A DNA stretch of 64,000 nucleotides from an uncultured Dehalococcoidia bacterium. Lineage in GTDB: Bacteria; Chloroflexota; Dehalococcoidia; Lucifugimonadales; UBA1127. The stretch's first letter is position 1, and every line of letters starts with the position of its first letter. The notes below the pieces were generated by a model. That model saw nothing but the letters and a program-made list of their open reading frames with translations. It ran no database searches and was not told where the DNA came from. The stretch lies in the NCBI GenBank assembly GCA_964612825.1, contig CAZTCW010000032.1, positions 7,272 to 71,271 on the forward strand, read 5' to 3'. Positions 10,136-18,673 of this stretch are shown one piece after another. Made by a program: the position numbers and the translations under genes.

Positions 10136-11134
10136 CTACCTCCGGATGAGGACTGCCTTTTCTGCTTCCAGTCTCCAATAATCCAAAAGGTGTTGAAGAC
10201 TATCCTGGAAGGAAACTTTTGGTTCCCAGCCAGTTTCACGAACAAACTTTTCCACAGATGGTTCCTGACGGGTAGGCTCGGAAGGCCTGAATAGTTGGGG
10301 GTCATACTCAGTAGGTATCGTTTTTGAGGATAGTGCGATGAGTCGCTGGAGGAATTCTCCCACGGTTACCGTAGTTGTTCCTCCTATGTTATATGCTTCA
10401 CCAGGGCGGCATTTTATGGCTGCTTCCCAGTACGCCTCAACAGCATCCCGGACATCAATAATATTCCGTTCTGTATCGAGATTACCATGGCGTAGGGTTT
10501 CTTGTAGCCCTTGCTCGATCCAAGCGACTTGTCGGGCGAAAGAAGTCGCAAATAAATCTGGCCGTCTAGGATTGAGATAATAAAACATACGGGTCCGAAT
10601 AACTTTCATCCCATAACTTTTAAAATAAGCGAGACTTAGTAAATCCTGGGTCACTTTAGATACGGCATACGGACTGACAGGTCTAAGGGGAACTTCTTCA
10701 TGTATAGGAACATTTACTGGATCAACATCCCCATAGACTTCAGATGTGCTACACATAAGAAAAGTCGGGTCTAAACCGGCCAACCGCACTGCTTCCAACA
10801 AAGTACTGGTTCCCAGGATATTGTTGGACAAGACACTAGAAGGACTCAGATAAGAAACCCTCACGTTAGCGTGGGATGCAAGATGGAAGATCACATCTGG
10901 CTTAACCGTGTTGAGAACATTAAGGACTGACCCCATATCAACCAGGTCTGCCTCATGGATCACTACCTCGTCAAAAAGGTGATTAGAGCCTATCTGCCCG
11001 CCACTCCGCCATCTAGAAACCCCGTGGACCTCAACTTTAGGGTAATTTTGGACTATAAACTCAGCGAGGTAACTAGCTGCGGAGCCAGAGATCCCAGTGA
11101 TCAGCGCTCTTGCAAAAGGTGATTCGTTCGCCAA
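10136..11134 (-). CDS. NAD-dependent epimerase/dehydratase (extended SDR; GDP-sugar dehydratase/reductase-like)
   Basis: ITGISGSAASYL glycine-rich NAD motif, catalytic YAVSK (YxxxK), about 330 aa. Confidence 0.85.
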   Translation of the reverse strand: MANESPFARALITGISGSAASYLAEFIVQNYPKVEVHGVSRWRSGGQIGSNHLFDEVVIHEADLVDMGSVLNVLNTVKPDVIFHLASHANVRVSYLSPSSVLSNNILGTSTLLEAVRLAGLDPTFLMCSTSEVYGDVDPVNVPIHEEVPLRPVSPYAVSKVTQDLLSLAYFKSYGMKVIRTRMFYYLNPRRPDLFATSFARQVAWIEQGLQETLRHGNLDTERNIIDVRDAVEAYWEAAIKCRPGEAYNIGGTTTVTVGEFLQRLIALSSKTIPTEYDPQLFRPSEPTRQEPSVEKFVRETGWEPKVSFQDSLQHLLDYWRLEAEKAVLIRR

Positions 11135-11303
11135 AGAATAAACTCCTGTTCGAAAGTAAAATCAAACCGATAAATAATGGTTTAGAAGGATGCTACGAAG
11201 AATAGGGAAAGAATTCCAATCCGCAAAACCAACATCCTGTTCAATCAATGATACCTTAGAAGGCATCGGGATGAAAAGATCCTAACTTTCTGAACGAACC
11301 CAG

Positions 11304-11885
11304 TTAACTATTTCCCTGAATTACGCCTTCCCAAAACTCTGACTCCCTTTGGATTAGTTTTCCAATATATGTATCATTCCGATCTATTGGGAGGAGAATT
11401 GCTGGGCTTCCCGGCCAGTAACACCAAAAATCGAGAGAACTCAAACCGGTTATGGCTAGAATATGCTGTACCTGCCCATAATAATAATCTGGAACTGCGC
11501 GGTACTCAGAAACCCTGCGATAGACGGATGCTCCACATTTTATTTCTACGACCGCGTCGCCAATAGGGGTTAATCCGTCAAGGCTAGCCCGTAACCAGTC
11601 ATAGCGGGAACTTTGGATACATACAGGCTCAACCTGGTTTCCAGTTCTGGAAATATAAAGACTGCGAGCTTCCGGTTCAAGTCGTGTACCAAGGGCCATT
11701 CTTTCATTTGGTTGATTATTTAATTTTACTGGAGATCGTTTTTGTCGCATAAGGTTAGAAGGCTTCTCAAATCTATTTTCCCCCATGACCGTTGGGGCGT
11801 CCGAAGCGCCAATCCCTTTATGCCGCCACTCAAGCCATTCTTTAGATCCTTGTTCAAGTTTTACAATGAAATACTCTGACTGCAT
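11304..11885 (-). CDS. YqaJ-like (lambda-exonuclease fold, PD-(D/E)xK) nuclease
   Basis: N-terminal GS.EWLEWR..GIGASD motif typical of the YqaJ domain, and a D...EIK catalytic arrangement (SLDG...VVEIKC). Flanked by long AT-rich non-coding spacers. Confidence 0.7.
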   Translation of the reverse strand: MQSEYFIVKLEQGSKEWLEWRHKGIGASDAPTVMGENRFEKPSNLMRQKRSPVKLNNQPNERMALGTRLEPEARSLYISRTGNQVEPVCIQSSRYDWLRASLDGLTPIGDAVVEIKCGASVYRRVSEYRAVPDYYYGQVQHILAITGLSSLDFWCYWPGSPAILLPIDRNDTYIGKLIQRESEFWEGVIQGNS

Positions 11886-12159
11886 AGTTCAATTTCTCTT
11901 TCGGTAAAATTATTGGTTATTCAGAAGCAGAAACACGCTTGTTTAAAGAGCGACCGGCCCAGGGAAAGAGTGGAGGGCATTTAAGTTTTTCTTCGCGTCT
12001 CTTCAACATTTATAGTAAGTCTCTAAGTTCAGACATACAAGCTATTTTGATGAAAAAATCAAGGAGACTAGTGAACTAAACGACGTTCATTAATGAATTG
12101 GAGTGTAATACATTCTTCTAACATGAAAAGAAAATACAACGGTAGAATTTAGGCGGGAT

Positions 12160-12192
12160 AAAAAGAACCGGGGGATTTATGGATCACCCGGT
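12160..12192 (-). terminator. Candidate intrinsic terminator after membrane paralog 1
   Basis: On the minus strand, ACCGGG-13 nt loop-CCCGGU followed by UCUUUUU, directly after the stop at 12205. Confidence 0.4.
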
Positions 12193-12204
12193 CCTTTTCG
12201 ACGG

Positions 12205-12855
12205 TTAGCCCTTTTTAATTAACCCAATCCCTCGGCTGATAAACCAAACCGTGCCGATGATAAAGGTGAGACCACCAATCATATTCATGGTTTGAAGTTG
12301 GCTCGGGTTTACCCCGCCAATAATCGCGGTAATTGCCCCTACCGCACCAGAGGTGGCCAGTAACAAAGCAAATATTTTGTTCGAATCATCTCTACCTGAA
12401 AATGCTAAACCAAAAAAGAGGGCAGCCAATCCCCCAAAGATACTGGCTAACGATCCAACCCCTAAGGACATTGCATAAACAGTTCCAGCAGTAGCGCCAA
12501 TATCGCTAGCAATGACATTTGCCATAGCCGCGGTAAATGACCATCCTATAACCGCGAGAAAGAAGAACAACACGCTGTACCGTGTCAGCGCATCTCCGTT
12601 TCCATCTTCTCTGGTACTCATCTGAAGTGCGATCATCCCATAGAGGAAAATGACCAACCCAATCGGAACCATAAACATTGTAAGGTTCATGAATCCAGGG
12701 TTTCCCATAGCAGCAGCAATAACTGCCTGAGCATCGGCGGGGTTTGCGGCCTCAATAAGCATACCCCCAGGCTGAAGGAAGTACCCAGATAGAGCAAGCA
12801 GTGGACCTAAGATCAATGATAAGCCACCTAGCCTGTTAATCGATATCGTTCCCAT
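12205..12855 (-). CDS. Polytopic membrane protein, paralog 1 of 3 (DUF4386-like by resemblance)
   Basis: 216 aa, about 6 TM, strong SD (AAAGGAGG). Shares length and architecture with the next two genes. Confidence 0.7.
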   Translation of the reverse strand: MGTISINRLGGLSLILGPLLALSGYFLQPGGMLIEAANPADAQAVIAAAMGNPGFMNLTMFMVPIGLVIFLYGMIALQMSTREDGNGDALTRYSVLFFFLAVIGWSFTAAMANVIASDIGATAGTVYAMSLGVGSLASIFGGLAALFFGLAFSGRDDSNKIFALLLATSGAVGAITAIIGGVNPSQLQTMNMIGGLTFIIGTVWFISRGIGLIKKG

Positions 12856-13058
12856 GACTGGACCTCCTTTTGATTCTAAAGTTTACCTATGCCTCAAGAG
12901 TAACATAATTCGGAATAAATTTTAGAAACAGAAGTGATTACAGGCTTTATGTCCCCTTATTATTACTTATTCCGTAATGGCTGAGCTCATTAAGGGGGCC
13001 TAAAGTTTATCCTGCCACTTTCCCTTCGGATTATTGATGGACCCGGGACCTCTGTTCT

Positions 13059-13694
13059 CTAGCTCTTCTTGGACAGGATAATACCGGTTGCTAAAGACCA
13101 CAGAGTCGTAATGACGAGGCCAGGCAAAAATATCATCCAAACCCATCCTGCGGACATATTGCCGCTTCCTGCCACTCCTGCTGCAGTAGCCGGATCAAAC
13201 CCTTCCATCAAAAACAAGGTTGATTGGGTCGCAATGATGAAACCAATAGACGAAAGAGCGCCTAATAAGGTTAATCCCCGGTAAATCATGTTTTTACTAA
13301 AGTCTGTTCTTTTAATCAGAATCCACTGAATACCCAAATTACCTAGCCAGCCAAGTGCTCCAACGGAGAGAAACAGAGACCCAGAAAGCATACTTACAGC
13401 ATTTACGCTTTCTAAATTCGCATGCTCTTCAAAGTTATCGATCCCAGCTGAAAGAGCAGCTGCGGTCCATCCGACAATGGCGAGAACAGGGATCAATTTA
13501 AGCCAACCATTATCCCCTTCCCCCGTTTTCTGTAAATAATCGCAGAGGGTAATTGCCCCAAAGATAATTCCGGTAAATCCTACTACTGTGAGAATATTCC
13601 CCTGATGAGTCCCATCCATACCAGGAAGCCCCGAGACAAATAACAGGATTGACGCCAACACCAGTGAATACCCCGCAAGTTTATTTGTTGCCAT
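13059..13694 (-). CDS. Polytopic membrane protein, paralog 2 of 3
   Basis: 211 aa, about 6 TM, SD UAAGGAGGA, same topology as its neighbours. The most divergent of the three. Confidence 0.7.
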   Translation of the reverse strand: MATNKLAGYSLVLASILLFVSGLPGMDGTHQGNILTVVGFTGIIFGAITLCDYLQKTGEGDNGWLKLIPVLAIVGWTAAALSAGIDNFEEHANLESVNAVSMLSGSLFLSVGALGWLGNLGIQWILIKRTDFSKNMIYRGLTLLGALSSIGFIIATQSTLFLMEGFDPATAAGVAGSGNMSAGWVWMIFLPGLVITTLWSLATGIILSKKS

Positions 13695-13793
13695 AAGTGT
13701 CCTCCTTATCTAAAACGACTATAGGTGTAGGTTATGAATTGCTTCCACGGAGATTTTCTTGAGCAAAGGAAATTCCATAACTGAACAAATTTA

Positions 13794-13822
13794 CTTGGGC
13801 ACGCCTCTCCGGCGTGCCCAAG
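13794..13822 (-). terminator. Strong hairpin after paralog 3 (12-bp perfect stem)
   Basis: CTTGGGCACGCC-tctcc-GGCGTGCCCAAG. On the minus strand it is followed by UAAAUUUGUU. Confidence 0.5.
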
Positions 13823-13910
13823 CAGTCCCCCAACAATTCCGTAAATAGCCCTGAGTTCCAGCAATGCCTATCTGGATGGCATTTGCTTTAGGTAGCGAGT
13901 TTCTTTTAGT

Positions 13911-14564
13911 TCAATTTTTTCTCAGCGTAAGATATCCGGTCGCGACCATAGTGAGGTTCAACCCAGCCCAAAGCACGAGGCCGACCGTATCCGGTATGGC
14001 GACTGCTTCAATAGCCGAGACAATTAGCATGAAGAGTGCCCAGCCAATAAATAGCCACCCGATGACAGTTGGAAGATTTTTCTGGCTGAGTAGAGCGCTC
14101 CCTACAAGGAGGTTCCCTACACCCCAAAAAACGAAAAGCGGGGCAAAGATTCCGTTACTAACTAAGCCTATAATTGCTGCGTCTGATACGATATTGATGA
14201 TTGGCCCGCCAGATGGGTCTCTGGCAGCGTCCATTGCTCCAAGGCTTAATCCTGCCGCTAAGATACCAATTGCTGTCAAAGCAGCAAAAACTATCCCGGC
14301 AGCAGAGGCATATGCGGAACCTGGTTTGTCATCTCCTATCATCGAGCGTGACAGAAGAGTCATCCCAATAAATACGGAGACAAAGGCAATCAAGCCGATC
14401 ATCCCAATCAATCTCGCCATCTGGGCGTTTGCCATCGCCTCTTGAACTGCTTCAAGATTAGTTTCTCCCGGCCCTATAAGTGCCTCATAAAGAATACCCA
14501 CCGTCAGAAAGGTAAGTATGGGGCCAGCAAGCAACAACCATCCGGTCATGGTTTTAGTACTCAT
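13911..14564 (-). CDS. Polytopic membrane protein, paralog 3 of 3
   Basis: 217 aa, about 6 TM, SD UAAGGAGGA. Its N-terminal loop (GETNLEAVQEAMANAQ) resembles that of paralog 1 (ANPADAQAVIAAAMGN). Confidence 0.7.
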   Translation of the reverse strand: MSTKTMTGWLLLAGPILTFLTVGILYEALIGPGETNLEAVQEAMANAQMARLIGMIGLIAFVSVFIGMTLLSRSMIGDDKPGSAYASAAGIVFAALTAIGILAAGLSLGAMDAARDPSGGPIINIVSDAAIIGLVSNGIFAPLFVFWGVGNLLVGSALLSQKNLPTVIGWLFIGWALFMLIVSAIEAVAIPDTVGLVLWAGLNLTMVATGYLTLRKN

Positions 14565-14787
14565 GTGTATCCTCCTTAACGTACCTCGATCCCCGGCGAG
14601 ACCGAAGTCCGTTTCTCATGTAGGATAACCTTCGTCATCCTAAATTCATGAATAGATTTTAGATCTATTCTGTAACTAGAACGTTAAAATAGTGAAAGTT
14701 GTTCCTTCCTCCATCTGGTACGAAAGAGGAGGGCCACGAAAACTAAGGAAATTAACAACCTAACAAAGGGGGGCGGTTTCTTGACAC

Positions 14788-15168
14788 TTATTCGATTCTC
14801 AAGATTTTACTGATGAGATGACGCTGAGAAGCAATCAGTCGATAAACTGGCTGCGATAAAATACTGAGGAGCGGAAAAGCGAAAAGCGTCCCAACAAGCC
14901 CGAGTAAACCCGGAATCGCTTTCCAACTCTCATAAACCGCCCGGGCACCAGCAAAGCGTTGTCCGTCTGCTCGGATAAAAAAGACAGATTTCCTCGTCAT
15001 ATGGTCGGTTAGTCCAGGGGATATACTGCTTGTATCACAATATTGAGATTGAACAAACCGAAGTTTGTCTCCAATCTCGTCCTGATTGAAAGACGAAACG
15101 AAGAACTTGCACAGGTTGCAGTTGCCATCGTAAATCACAGTCCCTTGTTCTGTATATTTTTTTCTCAT
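14788..15168 (-). CDS. Thiol-disulfide oxidoreductase DCC family (DUF393)
   Basis: N-terminal VIYDGNCNLCKFFV matches the DCC motif (D-x-x-C-x-x-C). About 125 aa. Confidence 0.8.
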   Translation of the reverse strand: MRKKYTEQGTVIYDGNCNLCKFFVSSFNQDEIGDKLRFVQSQYCDTSSISPGLTDHMTRKSVFFIRADGQRFAGARAVYESWKAIPGLLGLVGTLFAFPLLSILSQPVYRLIASQRHLISKILRIE

Positions 15169-15288
15169 ATATAGTACTCTGTCTCAAACGGTGGGTATTA
15201 TATAAAAAATTAGAGACCCATGGGGATCGAACGCCAACCCCCCAAGAGAATTTGTCTCTACTATCCATCTAGGGGAAAATTGAAATGG

Positions 15289-15801
15289 ATGGCTACTATA
15301 AAACCCCAATGGTTCGAAATGATAACTGAATATTCCAAAGAAGATCTCTCTGCTATTCTCTACGTCATTAACAAGGCATCCTTGCAATATAAAGGAGTCA
15401 TTCCAGAAGATTGCTGGCATGAACCCTATATGACAGAGCAGGAACTCCATGATGAGTTTGAGAATAGGGTGCGGATGTTTGGATATGATATGGGCGGCAT
15501 ATTGATCGGCGTAATGGGAATCCAAGAATTAGAAGGGGTCACACTCATCAGGCATGCTTATATCCTACCTCGATACCAAAGACGAGGGATTGGAAAATCA
15601 TTATTACAGTACCTCTTCAAAATTAATCAGAGTAGGAGATTACTGTTAGGAACTTGGCAGGATGCAACGTGGGCTATCAAATTTTATTTGAAAAATGGTT
15701 TTCTGCAACACGATAGAGAACGGACTAATCAATTACTTAATGAATATTGGAGAGTGCCATTAAAGCAAATGGAAAACTCAGTGGTATTAGAAAAACAATA
15801 A
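15289..15801 (+). CDS. GNAT family N-acetyltransferase
   Basis: Acetyl-CoA motif A (RYQRRGIGKSLL). The ATG at 15289 (MATIKPQ...) is more plausible than the ORF-track start at 15220. Confidence 0.8.
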   Translation: MATIKPQWFEMITEYSKEDLSAILYVINKASLQYKGVIPEDCWHEPYMTEQELHDEFENRVRMFGYDMGGILIGVMGIQELEGVTLIRHAYILPRYQRRGIGKSLLQYLFKINQSRRLLLGTWQDATWAIKFYLKNGFLQHDRERTNQLLNEYWRVPLKQMENSVVLEKQ

Positions 15802-15838
15802 GTTTAGAATTTTTCGATTAGAACAGGATATCAAAGAC

Positions 15839-16342
15839 CTATGTCCACACGTCAGTGAATCCAAGTGCGCGAGCTTTATCCCTATCCTGTTTTGCTAACT
15901 CTTCCTGTCCTAACAAAGCTCTAGCTGCTCCTCGGATGAGGTAGGCCGTCGGAAACTGGTCATTCAGTCGGATTGCCTCCTCGGCATCCCCGATAGCTCT
16001 ATCCAGCTGGTTCAGGTCAAAATAAGCTGCCGCACGGTTATTATAGGCATCAAGGTGCCCAGGAGTCATGTTGATGGTTGTAGTGAAATCATCCACGGCC
16101 ATAATTGGCTGTTGAAGGTGCGCGTATGCTACTCCGCGATTGTAATATGCGTCTGCATTGGATCCGTCTAGACGTATCGCTTCAGTAAAATCCCGAACGG
16201 CGCTTTCAGGATCCGAAAGTTGACCATGGGTTACTCCACGCTGAAAGTAAACAGCTGAGTCAGCAAGCTCCGCATCAATGACACGGGACAATTCTTCTAA
16301 AGCTGCCTGTAAGCGCGGTACCTCAGAGAATTCCGAATTCAT
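15839..16342 (-). CDS. Tetratricopeptide (TPR) repeat protein
   Basis: Four or more 34-aa TPR units (A..Y..RG.AY...........A..DF..AI.L.P). No signal peptide. Confidence 0.8.
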   Translation of the reverse strand: MNSEFSEVPRLQAALEELSRVIDAELADSAVYFQRGVTHGQLSDPESAVRDFTEAIRLDGSNADAYYNRGVAYAHLQQPIMAVDDFTTTINMTPGHLDAYNNRAAAYFDLNQLDRAIGDAEEAIRLNDQFPTAYLIRGAARALLGQEELAKQDRDKARALGFTDVWT

Positions 16343-16476
16343 TCAAACCACCGGTTTCAAAAAGTTTCTGATGCCAGAGTGGCCCAAGCAAGTAACGTAA
16401 AATTGAACCAACTTCTGAAAAATAACAACTCCTTAGACTTACGAAGGTTAATCATTACCGTATTGGCTCAATAATT

Positions 16477-17040
16477 TCAATAGATCCCCATAATTCTTCC
16501 CCACTCTTCTACCGTGCCGTTCCCATAACCCGCCCTATAGATAATCACTCCATCTGGATCAATTACAATCTTGGTTGATTGAATAGTTACATCAAAGGCA
16601 TCTAGCATCGAAAGATCGGTTCGACCCACTGGCCACGGGTAGCCCTGAGCATCAGCAAAAGCACGTAATCCCGTTAAATCTGAACCTGGAGCGATATCAA
16701 CCGGAAGAAAAGCAATTTTCCCTTCAAAGCTTGGCCATGCTTCTTTCATGAGCTGTAACTCAGCCCGACAGGTTCCTCAATAAGGGCTGAAAAAAAAGAG
16801 AAGGGTTGGCATCTTTTCATTTCGCAAGGTCGCATATGAAACTGTTTCCCCATTTGTTAATAAAACGCTGAAATCAGGGGCTTGATCCCCAATCAAATTT
16901 CCGATTTTGGCATCAGAAGTCTCTTGAATTTTCGAATTGATAGGAACGAGGTCAGTTTCACCTCCTCCATTAAGACACGATATTTGCGAAAGGATTAAAG
17001 AAACAGAAACTGTCAAAAGGAAAATTCGTTTCAAACCCAT
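16477..17040 (-). CDS. Thioredoxin-fold redoxin (TlpA/ResA/AhpC-TSA-like) with in-frame UGA at the CxxC first Cys: candidate selenoprotein (alternatively a pseudogene)
   Basis: ORFs 16777..17040 and 16477..16749 are in the same frame and separated by TGA (16777..16779). Read-through gives ..PTLLFFFSPY-U-GTCRAELQLMKEAWPSF.. There is an N-terminal signal peptide. A small hairpin lies at 16750..16766, 10 nt after the UGA. Confidence 0.55.
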
Positions 17041-17085
17041 CTAAATACTCTCATCCCTGAGAATCAAAATGAATCCCAGAAAAAG

Positions 17086-18567
17086 TTACTTCTTCTTACC
17101 TATGTCTGCTCTTTTTCCAGAAAAATCTTCCGGTAGCGGAGGGCATCCGGGTGGGCAAAACCCTATTGGATTATTTTCGCCCGGGATCAGGTAGGGAGCA
17201 GTTTCAGGGGCAACTGCAATTGCCCAACTCCATCTTTCTTCATCCTCGATACGAAAAGCATAGGTGCCGGGTTGAAAGACAGGAGTACTTGTATGATTAT
17301 AGCCTACACCGTCAGGAGAATTGCTCATCATCGATTCGCGCTGATCTCCTTTTTCATAAATAATCTTGAAAAACTTTTTGGGGCCTCCCTTACTTACGAT
17401 TATTGCTCTCCACCCAACATTTACTTCGAACATTTCAGTAGTGTAGTTCCCACTTCCTTCAAAGCTAGTAAGAATATCATCTTTTTCGAACCCAATCTCG
17501 GTAGAGTCTAAATAGGGGGTCCCGTCAAGTTCCTTATCTTTTATTCCGTCAAAAATAATGACATCAAGAGGGTTATCACCAAAGGGGTTTTCATCACCAT
17601 CGATCATCCAACCCATGGCGGACGGTACTCCTCTTGCTCTAGCCCAATCTTTCCCATAACTGGAACTGTTCCAGCCCTCTTTTGGATTTCGATAGATTTC
17701 GCCAAATTGTTTGACAATTTCCTCAGTAAAAATAGCTGGAGCGCGCATGTCCCATTCATTACTCCCATACGGGTGTAGAGCGAAAGAAATGTGAGAAGAT
17801 GAGGTTGGAGTGACTCGTTGTTCCAAAGGGGGAACGTAGAGATAAGCAAGTATGTCACCCTTTTTAACTTTTTGTCCATCTGAAACGAGGATAAAGTCCT
17901 TATAAAAATCTCTCGGTTGGTCCGTAAACACAATTTGTGGCTCAAGGGAGTACATAAATACTAACGGGATACCATTCTCCCTCGCTATTTCCAGGTTAAA
18001 ATCGTATTTTACATGCCACCAGGGGGGGTCAAAAAATGTTTTATCCCGAATATTGTAAAACCAACCATCATCTCGTGAAAGCACGATGGTGCCATCAGCA
18101 ACTGCATAAACAGGTGGATAATCTGATGGCTCACTGGCATTGAGCCAACGGGGATCTGTATTTGAAAAATACACCTGCGCATCATTATGCGGCGCTGGAC
18201 TTCTCTGCCCGACATATGGATGACCGGCAATAATATCCTCAAAATCAACGAGAAACCTGTCAGATTTATTCGTGGCGAAATGACTTATATCAGGCATATC
18301 CGACTGATTGGATGCAAAAAAACTAAACGTACGCTTTCCCCTTGGGGTGGGACTTGGATCAAGGGTAGATACTGGATCAGAGATCGGCAATTGCGTCGCT
18401 TCTTCAATCACACTTTCGGGAAGAGCTTCTTCAGTTTGATATCCGGATTTCATGGAGTTCTCTGGAGATTCTTGGGGCAATGCTTCGCTGGAACATCCGT
18501 AAAAGACAGAAATTGTAGTTACCAAGGCAAGAAAAAGAGCGACGCTTAATTTATTCATCATCTTCAT
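17086..18567 (-). CDS. Hypothetical lipoprotein (493 aa), possible degenerate M23/LytM-like barrel
   Basis: Signal peptide plus lipobox (VFYGCSS). The segment VYAVADGTIV...GQKVKKGDILAYLY...SSHISFALH resembles the M23 fold, but HxxxD and HxH metal ligands are not evident. Confidence 0.7.
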   Translation of the reverse strand: MKMMNKLSVALFLALVTTISVFYGCSSEALPQESPENSMKSGYQTEEALPESVIEEATQLPISDPVSTLDPSPTPRGKRTFSFFASNQSDMPDISHFATNKSDRFLVDFEDIIAGHPYVGQRSPAPHNDAQVYFSNTDPRWLNASEPSDYPPVYAVADGTIVLSRDDGWFYNIRDKTFFDPPWWHVKYDFNLEIARENGIPLVFMYSLEPQIVFTDQPRDFYKDFILVSDGQKVKKGDILAYLYVPPLEQRVTPTSSSHISFALHPYGSNEWDMRAPAIFTEEIVKQFGEIYRNPKEGWNSSSYGKDWARARGVPSAMGWMIDGDENPFGDNPLDVIIFDGIKDKELDGTPYLDSTEIGFEKDDILTSFEGSGNYTTEMFEVNVGWRAIIVSKGGPKKFFKIIYEKGDQRESMMSNSPDGVGYNHTSTPVFQPGTYAFRIEDEERWSWAIAVAPETAPYLIPGENNPIGFCPPGCPPLPEDFSGKRADIGKKK

Positions 18568-18673
18568 ACTAAATTATCTTTCTATTTTTCCAAATCCACG
18601 CTACCACGAGGCTCTGTGGAACGAGTTATAGAAATCACTCGTCAGATCGGATAGGATTTCAGCCCAATATTCC

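Noticed and set aside
13864-14445. 193-aa plus-strand ORF antisense to membrane paralog 3
   Set aside because: Mirror ORF of a hydrophobic-protein gene. It has no SD and a low-complexity Ala/Pro/Ile-rich translation, while the minus-strand gene has a strong SD and two paralogs.
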